A stretch of DNA of 64,000 nt from a bacterium (GTDB lineage Bacteria > Patescibacteriota > Minisyncoccia > Phycocordibacterales > VMGT01): positions 12,017 to 76,016 of the forward strand of contig JAUYPI010000006.1 of assembly GCA_030697645.1 (NCBI GenBank), in the 5' to 3' direction. The notes beneath the pieces were generated by a model. It made no database searches. It worked only from the letters and a program-made list of their open reading frames with translations, and had not been told where the DNA came from. Shown in pieces: positions 56,376-64,000 of this stretch; within the stretch, counting starts at the first letter, position 1; each line of letters begins with the position of its first letter. The position numbers were made by a program, and so were the translations under genes.

Positions 56376-58862
56376 ATGGGCACAGTTACCACGCACACGA
56401 CTAGGAATAATCCGTTTACTATATTACTCCACGAGGCAGGGAGGGACGATGTCGCGCTCGTCGGGGGGAAGAATGCCGCGCTCGGGGAAATGCTCAGGGC
56501 GCTTGTGCCGCACGGGATACGCGTGCCGGGCGGGTTCGTGGTCACTGTCGCTGCATACCAGCATTTTGTCGAGAGCGCGAACCTCTCGAGGGTGATCGCG
56601 CATGAGCTCGAGGGTCTTAATACGCAGAACGTTGCCGATCTCGCGGAGCGCGGAGCGAGGATCCGCGAGGCGATCCAAGGGGCGGCATTTCCGGCTGAGC
56701 TCGAGCAGGAGATTTGCGATCGCTACCGAGAGATGAAGGGCGAGTACGGAAGAGTTGTAGACGTTGCTGTACGTTCTTCCGCGACGACGGAAGACCTCCC
56801 GGGCGCATCATTCGCAGGGCAGATGGAGACTTTTCTCCACGTGGTCGGGGAGAGCGCACTGCTCTCTGCGATTAAGAACTGCTTTGCATCGCTTTTCACT
56901 GACCGCGCCATTTCATACCGCTCTGACAGAGGATTTAGACATACGGATGCTGCGCTGTCGGTCGGCGTGCAAAGAATGGTGCGCAGTGATTTGGCGACGA
57001 GCGGTGTGATGTTTACCATTGACACCGAGTCCGGCTTTGACAAGGTCGTTCTGATCAACGGGTCATACGGCCTGGGAGAGTTTATTGTGCAGGGTTCTGT
57101 TATCCCCGACGAATGGATCGTGTTTAAGCCAGCGCTTGAGAAAGGCGTATCGGGAATCATCGGCCGCAGAGTGGGCGAAAAGGCCACTAAGATGGTGTAT
57201 GCGGGGGCTACGACAGAGAGCGTACCGGTAGCGGAGAGCGATCGACGCCGATTTTGTATGACGGACGAAGAGATTAGAGAGCTTGCGCTCTGGGGCGTTG
57301 CCATCGAGAAGCATTTTTCGGAGCGAGCAGGAGAGTACCAACCGATGGATATCGAGTGGGCGAAAGACGGGGAGACAGGCGAGCTCTTTATTGTGCAGGC
57401 GCGGCCGGAGACAGTGCATGCAACAAAAGAGGGAAATGTGTACGTGGAGTTTCGTTTGCTTGAGAAGAGGGGGGAGCCTGTTGTGCACGGCATTGCCGTT
57501 GGTACGCGTATTGCTACTGGTCCAGCGAGGGTAATTCCTGACGCCAAAGACATACATATGTTCAAGCGGGGCGAGGTGCTGGTGACAGGCACAACGGACC
57601 CGGACTGGGAGCCGGTGATGAAGATCGCTGCGGCTATCGTCACCGATAAGGGTGGGCGTACCAGCCATGCCGCGATTGTCTCCCGCGAGCTCAGTATACC
57701 CTGCATCGTGGGAGCGAGGGACGCGACGACGTTCCTCAAAAACGGGGAGCAGGTGACGGTTGATTGCTCTGAAGGGGACGACGGGTTTGTCTATCGTGGC
57801 GCTCTCCAGTTTGAGGAAGTCGTGCATCGTCTCGAGAGCGTGCCCGAGACGCGTACGAAGGTGATGCTTAACATTGGCTCGCCGGATGAGGCTCTTCGTC
57901 ATCACCGGCTTCCGGTAAAGGGCGTCGGGCTTGGCCGTATAGAATTTATCATTGCCGGGCATATCAAGATACACCCGAATGCGTTGATTAATTACGCTCG
58001 ACTTGTCGCCGATACTTCTGATACGCGCACACGTGAGATTGTACGCATGATAGACGAGCTTACCGCGAGGTATGCCGATAAAAAACAGTATTATGTCGAC
58101 AAGCTTGCAGAGGGCATCGCGAAGATCGGCGCGGCATTCTGGCCGCATGAGGTTATTATTCGCTTTTCTGATTTCAAGACCAATGAATACCGCACTCTGA
58201 TCGGCGGCGAGCTTTTTGAACCGCAGGAATCGAATCCAATGCTCGGCTGGCGTGGTGCCTCGCGTTACTACCATGAGAATTTTAGAGACGCGTTTGGGCT
58301 TGAGTGCGCGGCTTTGCTCAAGGTACGTTCGGAGATGGGGCTTCAGAATATAGTGCCGATGGTGCCGTTTTGCCGGACGCCGGAGGAGGGGAGGAAGGTC
58401 GTCTCTCTCATGGAGGAGTTTGGGTTGAGCAGAACGAGCGACCCGTCTCTGAAGATATATGTGATGTGTGAAATCCCCTCAAACGTGATCCAGGCGGATG
58501 CGTTTCTTGATATCTTCGACGGCATGTCTATCGGCTCCAATGATCTCACGCAGCTCACGCTCGGTCTTGACCGCGATGCGGGAGGACTCGCCTATATTGG
58601 GAACGAGAATAATGAGGCGGTGCGACAGCTCATAGAGCAGGCGATTGGGGCATGTCGTCGGCGCAACAAGTACGTTGGCATCTGCGGGCAAGCGCCGTCT
58701 GATTATCCAGACTTCGCCGCTTTTTTGGTGCGGCTCGGCATAGAGAGCATATCTTTGAATCCCGATACCGTTATTAAAACGCTTTCCGTGATCGCTCGAG
58801 CGGAGCGGGGTCGTGGGGGCAAAACGAACTCTATCTTATATCGTATGTGGAACAATCAATAA
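56376..58862 (+). CDS. ppsA: Phosphoenolpyruvate synthase
   Basis: GGKNAALGEM, phospho-His region TDKGGRTSHAAIVSRELSIPCIVG, C-terminal PEP-utilising TIM barrel (SIGSNDLTQL). ATG 56376 is preferred over the tracked 56271. Confidence 0.9.
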   Translation: MGTVTTHTTRNNPFTILLHEAGRDDVALVGGKNAALGEMLRALVPHGIRVPGGFVVTVAAYQHFVESANLSRVIAHELEGLNTQNVADLAERGARIREAIQGAAFPAELEQEICDRYREMKGEYGRVVDVAVRSSATTEDLPGASFAGQMETFLHVVGESALLSAIKNCFASLFTDRAISYRSDRGFRHTDAALSVGVQRMVRSDLATSGVMFTIDTESGFDKVVLINGSYGLGEFIVQGSVIPDEWIVFKPALEKGVSGIIGRRVGEKATKMVYAGATTESVPVAESDRRRFCMTDEEIRELALWGVAIEKHFSERAGEYQPMDIEWAKDGETGELFIVQARPETVHATKEGNVYVEFRLLEKRGEPVVHGIAVGTRIATGPARVIPDAKDIHMFKRGEVLVTGTTDPDWEPVMKIAAAIVTDKGGRTSHAAIVSRELSIPCIVGARDATTFLKNGEQVTVDCSEGDDGFVYRGALQFEEVVHRLESVPETRTKVMLNIGSPDEALRHHRLPVKGVGLGRIEFIIAGHIKIHPNALINYARLVADTSDTRTREIVRMIDELTARYADKKQYYVDKLAEGIAKIGAAFWPHEVIIRFSDFKTNEYRTLIGGELFEPQESNPMLGWRGASRYYHENFRDAFGLECAALLKVRSEMGLQNIVPMVPFCRTPEEGRKVVSLMEEFGLSRTSDPSLKIYVMCEIPSNVIQADAFLDIFDGMSIGSNDLTQLTLGLDRDAGGLAYIGNENNEAVRQLIEQAIGACRRRNKYVGICGQAPSDYPDFAAFLVRLGIESISLNPDTVIKTLSVIARAERGRGGKTNSILYRMWNNQ

Positions 58863-59254
58863 GTCAATGGGTTGCGAGAATGGTTGTGAGAAGACTCTCG
58901 ATGGGGTGCGCACAACATTTCTGTTTTGAATGCCGAGGGTTCTCTGTAACATCCACATGAGGTGGCCATAAAACCTCTGGCTATCCCCTTGTCACTGCTG
59001 GTGTATTCTTTCTTGAATTAGTGCCCCTCAAAAAGATGATTGACACTACCCTCCCTGAGGTGTACCGTGCGGCCCTCTCTAACGAATCGCCGCACCGTGC
59101 ATGCCTGGTAGTACACTGACACGCTGAAACGCTATTGCAGAGCGCACCTCGATGATTTCTAAAAGGGACGGGTGCGCTTTTGTGTTGGGTGGTTCTGTTC
59201 TATAATGAAGTACAACCGTTTGTTTTTATGAGCTTTAGACAAGAACTATACATT

Positions 59255-59737
59255 ATGCGGCACAAGGTTATTATCACCACCATCAGCTTTCTGATCCTTG
59301 TTGTGGTAGTAGGACTGATTTTTGTTCTTGTTAAATCATATGCAAACCCTGTCCGGCCAGTAGAACAAACTCCTATGACTGATGGATTTGGCAAACCACA
59401 GCCTCAAACTGACGATGAGTCCAATCAACAAACGGCGCTTAATGTAGGAGCAGATGGTACTGCTAGAGTCATCGGCACCGTATTGAAAAATAATCACGCT
59501 TGTACACGTGATGGAAGTTGTTATCTACAACTACGAGTGCGTGATCAGGAAGTTTTGGTTGAGTATAGCCCAGGTAGAGGCTCTCTCTGCCCAAACATTA
59601 AAGCAAGAAGGCAAGGATTCGGTATTAAGGAAGGTCAAAAAGCTGAGGTTCATGGAGCTTACAGCGGGGGGAAGGGCAATCAACATTTTATTTCCACCTG
59701 TTCCTCTGAAGCTTTTTATATCCTTCCTCTTCCTTAA
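59255..59737 (+). CDS. Hypothetical membrane-anchored protein (low-GC)
   Basis: ATG 59255 (MRHKVIITTISFLILVVVVGLIFVLV). Single N-terminal TM helix. No family recognised. Confidence 0.5.
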   Translation: MRHKVIITTISFLILVVVVGLIFVLVKSYANPVRPVEQTPMTDGFGKPQPQTDDESNQQTALNVGADGTARVIGTVLKNNHACTRDGSCYLQLRVRDQEVLVEYSPGRGSLCPNIKARRQGFGIKEGQKAEVHGAYSGGKGNQHFISTCSSEAFYILPLP

Positions 59738-59836
59738 TTGCTGTTATTCGCCAAAGATTGACCGTTGGCTACAGGGGTTGTGATATACTACCTCTAGGAG
59801 CGGAGAGGTATTTTTTGGCGCCGACTACCTTTAAAT

Positions 59837-60925
59837 ATGGAGGCCACACAAAGTTCAAACCTCGGTACCGTACAGTCGCACCACTATCATTTAAGTGGGA
59901 GGCAGGTCGCTATAGTTGTGGGGATTGCGGTGCTGATCGCGACAGCGGGAATTGGTGGATATGTTTTTTTAAAAAATTCATTACCGCAGCCACCCCAATT
60001 ACCGATTATTCGTCTGTGGCATAACGGGGTTGTTTATGATGGCGTTGAGGGTTCCTATTGCTGGCCAACTCAAGAATCTTCCGCGGACGGGGAGTTTTTG
60101 AACCTCTGTGTTGACCGAGTATTTGGAGGCCCGGAAACGAGTATTCGTGTTCCTTCAGGAGACACTATGTCGATTGATGTTCAGGCATACGCGCCAGCCG
60201 AAAAGGTATGGGTGACTTTGTTTCAGGAGTCTGGTGAGCGGCTGAGCGATATACCTGTTACTGTCGGAGAAACAGTATCGACCTTCGTCCTTGATACATC
60301 ACCAGGCACATACGTTGTTCTCGTTAGTGGCGCATGGTCTGATGACAAATTCGCCGGAGATATTAATTATTCCTTTACTGTCCAAGTTGTTGGTGGCACT
60401 AACAACGAGATCAATGTTGACACATCAGGCTGGCAAACCTACCGCAATGAGGAGTTTGAATTTGAGGTGAAGTATCCTGGAGGGTGGTTTAACACGCGCA
60501 ACCTCATTGAGGATATTAGGGAAGAAAAACTTTTTGAATTTTCGAGTGAGAAAAATTTTACCGTAGACGCCATTACGTTACAGATAGTTCGTTCAGAAAG
60601 CATACAGAGTAAGAATTTATTCGTGGATCTTCAAAATTTAAAACCTGGAGAAACTTTTGAACAGGACCTTGTCGTATACACCAAAATTGAGGACCTCAAT
60701 ATCGGAGGATTTTTAGCCATTCGCCATACCGCAGACAGAAGTTCAATACCATACATAGCACTGCCTATACGGAGCGAAATCCTTTTGAAAAGAGACGGGA
60801 CCACTTTTCTCTTTGTGTTTGTTGGTTCGCCAGAAATTTTTGAACATCAGAAAATCGTTTTCGATCAAATTCTCTCAACCTTCCGATTTCTTGAGCCGAG
60901 CAGGAAGGCTTTTCCGTTGGAGTAA
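59837..60925 (+). CDS. Hypothetical membrane-anchored extracellular protein (low-GC)
   Basis: 362 aa. TM helix VAIVVGIAVLIATAGIGGYVFL. No family recognised. Confidence 0.55.
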   Translation: MEATQSSNLGTVQSHHYHLSGRQVAIVVGIAVLIATAGIGGYVFLKNSLPQPPQLPIIRLWHNGVVYDGVEGSYCWPTQESSADGEFLNLCVDRVFGGPETSIRVPSGDTMSIDVQAYAPAEKVWVTLFQESGERLSDIPVTVGETVSTFVLDTSPGTYVVLVSGAWSDDKFAGDINYSFTVQVVGGTNNEINVDTSGWQTYRNEEFEFEVKYPGGWFNTRNLIEDIREEKLFEFSSEKNFTVDAITLQIVRSESIQSKNLFVDLQNLKPGETFEQDLVVYTKIEDLNIGGFLAIRHTADRSSIPYIALPIRSEILLKRDGTTFLFVFVGSPEIFEHQKIVFDQILSTFRFLEPSRKAFPLE

Positions 60926-60927
60926 GC

Positions 60928-61452
60928 ATGACACTTATGAAAATCTACTTTGGTTCCGACCACGCCGGGTTTGAGCTCAAAAACAAGCTCGTTGTTTTTG
61001 TGCGCGACGAGCTCGGCTACAAAGTCGAGGACTGCGGCGCGCACGAGTTCAATCCCGATGATGATTATCCGGATTTTATCGCTCCGGTAGCGGAGCGTGT
61101 GAGTACCGAGCCGGAGACGACGCGCGGCATCGTGCTCGGTGGCTCGGGGCAGGGGGAGGCGATGGTAGCCAATAAGTTCCGCGGCGTGCGGGCGGTGGTG
61201 TATTACGGCGAGCCGTGCGCGGCTGCCATGAGTAAAAAAAGTATTTCTCCAGAGCATTCGATCATCACGCTCTCACGTACGCACAACGATGCGAACGTCC
61301 TCGCGCTCGGCGCGCGGTTTTTAGACGAAGCGACGACACTGGAAGCTGTGAAGGCGTGGCTCGAGACGCCGTTTGGCGGCGAGGAAAGGCACACGAGGCG
61401 GTTACTGAAAATGTCAATGATTGGAACAGAAAACACACCGACCGCCAAATAG
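60928..61452 (+). CDS. rpiB: Ribose-5-phosphate isomerase B
   Basis: MKIYFGSDHAGFELKNKL ... GSGQGEAMVANK ... NVLALGARF. A hairpin ACACCGACCGCC/GGCGGTCGGTGT overlaps the stop. Confidence 0.85.
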   Translation: MTLMKIYFGSDHAGFELKNKLVVFVRDELGYKVEDCGAHEFNPDDDYPDFIAPVAERVSTEPETTRGIVLGGSGQGEAMVANKFRGVRAVVYYGEPCAAAMSKKSISPEHSIITLSRTHNDANVLALGARFLDEATTLEAVKAWLETPFGGEERHTRRLLKMSMIGTENTPTAK

Positions 61453-61637
61453 GCGGTCGGTGTGGTGTGGTCATTATACCAAAAAGTTCGGACTTACTTC
61501 TATTGTTTCCAATTTGTCAAAAAGATTTTCGTTTCCTGTCAAAAACCCATCCGCCGGATGGGTCAAAAATCTTTTTGCTCCCGAAACCAAAGAAATCAAG
61601 GCGGTTGACGATATTTCATTTTCTGTAAACGGCCTAA

Positions 61638-62181
61638 AACGGTGGAAAAACGCGACAATTTGGCCATTGGGAAGGCGACAACGTCGTGTATAACCGACAT
61701 CGCCGTGCGCTCTCTACCACCGCTGAGAGAAAGACGCGGAAGGTGATGATTTTCAGGCCGCGCGATCTCACGGCACAGGCGAAGGCGCGGGCAACGATTC
61801 GTCGGTACCGCGCGCTTCCTTTCGCAGCGCGACGAACGATGACCTACGACAATGGACTCGAAGCCGCCGCTCACGAGACCGTTACTGCCGCCATTGGCAT
61901 GAAATTCTACTTTTACCAAAACCTACTCGTCTTGGCAGAGAGGCACCAATGAAAACAGAAACGGACTCGTGAGATTCTATCTGCCGCGCACCGTGGACCT
62001 CGATACCATATCAGGCAGGCAGATTAAACATGTCGAGAATCTGATCAATAGCCGTCCGATGAGGTGTTTGAGGTACCGGACACCGAATGAAGCGTATGAG
62101 TATGAAATGAACAAATTACGTCAACGGTCGTTGCGTCAAAACAGTAAAAATTTTTATCCACAGGTTGCACTTGTAAATTGA
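61638..62181 (+). pseudogene. IS30-family transposase remnant (5'-truncated, one frameshift)
   Basis: FGHWEGD ... TYDNGLEAAAHE in one frame. After a frameshift near 61915-61950: SWQRGTNENRNGLVRFYLPR ... INSRPMRCLRYRTPNEAY. These are the IS30 DDE-domain hallmarks. No N-terminal HTH region is present. Confidence 0.7.
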
Positions 62182-62207
62182 ATACGGGATAAACTAAAAT
62201 AAATCGT

Positions 62208-63527
62208 ATGTCCTTAAAAAACGGCTTCGCACAACTTCCGATCATTATTATCATCGGCATCGTAATTCTTGGTGCGGGATTTGTGGTGGTACGCAAAAAT
62301 TTTCGCATGCCTCGGCTGATACTTCCCGTAGAGAAGCCAGGCCTTCCGATTCCGCAGCCAGCTCCGCTACCTTCTCCATCTCCTTCGCCGTCGCCGACGC
62401 CCTCTCCGTCACCCAGCCCTGCACCCACCCCATCTCCGCCGCCTCCCGGTTCCCAACCACCTTCGCCATCGCCGACACCTAACCCCGTTCCCGCCGGGAG
62501 CCTTAATGCGCAAAGCGCGAAAGGAATTTTTGCGCTCGACAGCGTCAAGGGGACGTACCGCGATAATGGTATTCGAAGCTATGATTTTGTAGCCGGATAT
62601 GCCTGGCGTATGGGCTGGTATAATTTTGAGTCCTCAAAGGGCGTGTACGATTTCGCAGCGCTGGATCACATTTTGGGGAAGCTTAACCCTCTCGGGAAAA
62701 AGCTTTCTCTGAATATGCTCTCTTCAAACAAAACCGAGCCGGCCTATATCACGGCAGAATCCGGGGTAACCACATGGACATTCACGGATCAAAATACCCG
62801 TCATGAGGATTATGGCAAACCCCAGGTAAAGCCGGTCCCATGGGATTCATATCTGCAATCGCGATTCAGCATATTCGCCGAAAAACTTGCGAATTACCAG
62901 TCGCCGAATCCAGCAGGAGGCACAATCGCACTTCGTGATAACCCGGCATTAGCTCAAATCATTGTAACCATTCCCGGTCTTGGCTCCATCCGCGAAGGAC
63001 CGGGGGGCGCAGCAACGCCAGAACTCTCAACGATGCCTGGGTATAGCCGTCAAGTTTTCATTGACGCTATCCTTGCCGCCCTCCGGGCGATTGCTCGAAA
63101 TTTCCCTCAAAAACCGATTTCAGTTCCTTTTTTTCATGTGACCGACACTACGACATCGCCGTCGCTGGATCAGACGATCCACGATGCTATTCAAGCGGAA
63201 TTTGATGGAGTAAAAAATCCGAAAGTCGGATATTTCCAAGAAAACCTGTCGGCCCTAAATACGACCGGAAGCATTCTTTGTTCGCCCGACGGGTCTCGCG
63301 ATCCTTTGAAGCTTGCAACAGGGAAAACGTGGCTCGCATTCCAAATGTTGCAATCGTGGGTAACTCCGTTTGCCAATCCGTCAAAAAACGCGGGTACAAT
63401 ACCCACAGATGCCATCAGCTGTGGAAACAGTCTCATGGGGATCACGTACTTTGAAGTGTATGTGCCGGATCTCGATAACGCCGCGTGGCACGCATCGTTT
63501 CGTGATTGGGCCGCGAAGTTAAAGTAG
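62208..63527 (+). CDS. Secreted protein with Pro/Ser/Thr linker and clan-A glycoside-hydrolase-like domain (tentative)
   Basis: 439 aa. N-terminal TM/signal. PSPSPSPTPSPSPSPAPTPSPPPP linker. WYNFESSKGVYDFAALDHILGKLNPLGKKLSL resembles the W..iEp..G.y.w..lD pattern of TIM-barrel GHs. Confidence 0.55.
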   Translation: MSLKNGFAQLPIIIIIGIVILGAGFVVVRKNFRMPRLILPVEKPGLPIPQPAPLPSPSPSPSPTPSPSPSPAPTPSPPPPGSQPPSPSPTPNPVPAGSLNAQSAKGIFALDSVKGTYRDNGIRSYDFVAGYAWRMGWYNFESSKGVYDFAALDHILGKLNPLGKKLSLNMLSSNKTEPAYITAESGVTTWTFTDQNTRHEDYGKPQVKPVPWDSYLQSRFSIFAEKLANYQSPNPAGGTIALRDNPALAQIIVTIPGLGSIREGPGGAATPELSTMPGYSRQVFIDAILAALRAIARNFPQKPISVPFFHVTDTTTSPSLDQTIHDAIQAEFDGVKNPKVGYFQENLSALNTTGSILCSPDGSRDPLKLATGKTWLAFQMLQSWVTPFANPSKNAGTIPTDAISCGNSLMGITYFEVYVPDLDNAAWHASFRDWAAKLK

Positions 63528-63765
63528 TTACGAATTGTTCAGTAATGGGATTTCCACGCAATCTAACATCGTTGATTTTCCACACAAGAATTGCGAGCAT
63601 TTCCGTTACAGTTCCACAGAGTGCAATTGTTGCAGCATAGTCGCCCAAGCAATAATACTTCTTTGCGCTTCGCAAAGGTTTAGTAATTCTTTCAAAAATT
63701 TCTTTGGTATGCGGAACAATCGCCGCGTGCGATTCTTCAGTTGTCGCCTCCATATATCTTTCCAA
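63442..63765 (-). CDS. Hypothetical protein (uncertain)
   Basis: 107-aa low-GC ORF. Its last ~28 codons overlap the 3' end of the convergent 62208..63527 gene, so the call or its stop is doubtful. Confidence 0.3.
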   Translation of the reverse strand: MERYMEATTEESHAAIVPHTKEIFERITKPLRSAKKYYCLGDYAATIALCGTVTEMLAILVWKINDVRLRGNPITEQFVTTLTSRPNHETMRATRRYRDPAHTLQST

Positions 63766-63940
63766 AATTTGCTCGGAAAGTGCGCTTAGCGGAAGTTCAA
63801 AGAACCAATTGAATAAATCTCTATTATCGGGGCAGTAATGAAAGTTGATATGGGAATTGGCCTATTGAGTTTTCCTTCGCGCGCTAATTTTTTAGCGCGC
63901 GACCAATCCGTTGGCTTCCGAAAACTTGCAAAATTTCTCT

Positions 63941-64000
63941 TGGTGGAGCCAAGGTGAATCGAACCCCTCTACCCGAGAGACAGCCACGGGCTCCTCACCT
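63941..64000 (-). tRNA. Partial class-II tRNA (long variable arm; Ser-like), 3' end with encoded CCA; 5' part lies beyond the window
   Basis: Reverse complement reads ...GAGCCCGTGGCTGTCTCTCGGGTAGAGGGGTTCGATTCACCTTGGCTCCACCA. This shows a T-loop GGTTCGATT, acceptor 3' strand TGGCTCC, discriminator A and CCA. The anticodon is not in the window. Confidence 0.6.

Overview
GC-rich bacterial chromosomal fragment. All motif matches and base pairings were read by eye; no search or folding program was run. The core is housekeeping genes: nrdJ, an RNB exoribonuclease, infA-rpmJ-rpsM-rpsK-rpsD-rpoA, rplQ-rplM-rpsI, grpE-dnaK-dnaJ, trpS, fusA, tuf-rpsJ-rplC, rplD-rplW-rplB, ppsA and rpiB. The ribosomal-protein operons are fragmented and rearranged. 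Core genes lack Shine-Dalgarno (SD) sequences. This is reminiscent of Patescibacteria/CPR-type genomes, but that is inference only. TGA is a normal stop codon here. Two features stand out. (1) At 47.5-56.1 kb, four SD-bearing genes are interleaved with about 27 tandem stem-loops spaced about 75 nt apart. The genes are a protein with an IS110-type helix-hairpin-helix module, an SNF2 helicase-SAM methyltransferase fusion, an AAG/MPG-like glycosylase, and a 133-aa unknown. Every stem has a different sequence but stays complementary, with G.U-type exceptions only on the + strand. The loops share a bipartite ACTA...TYCRCTAA motif. I do not recognise this as any described repeat or RNA class, and it is my best candidate for a novel system. 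(2) Almost every spacer between housekeeping genes is a 100-260 bp AT-rich imperfect palindrome built from short repeated words. The AATTTTCAAT family has 10 copies and there are several other word families. Each palindrome ends a few nt before the next start codon. Other items: an E1-like/nitroreductase/unknown trio, a secreted/lipoprotein cluster, two insertions inside conserved ribosomal operons, an IS30 remnant, two perfect 18-19 bp hairpins with TGG loops, and a partial class-II tRNA at the right edge. No rRNA, CRISPR array or cas gene was seen.
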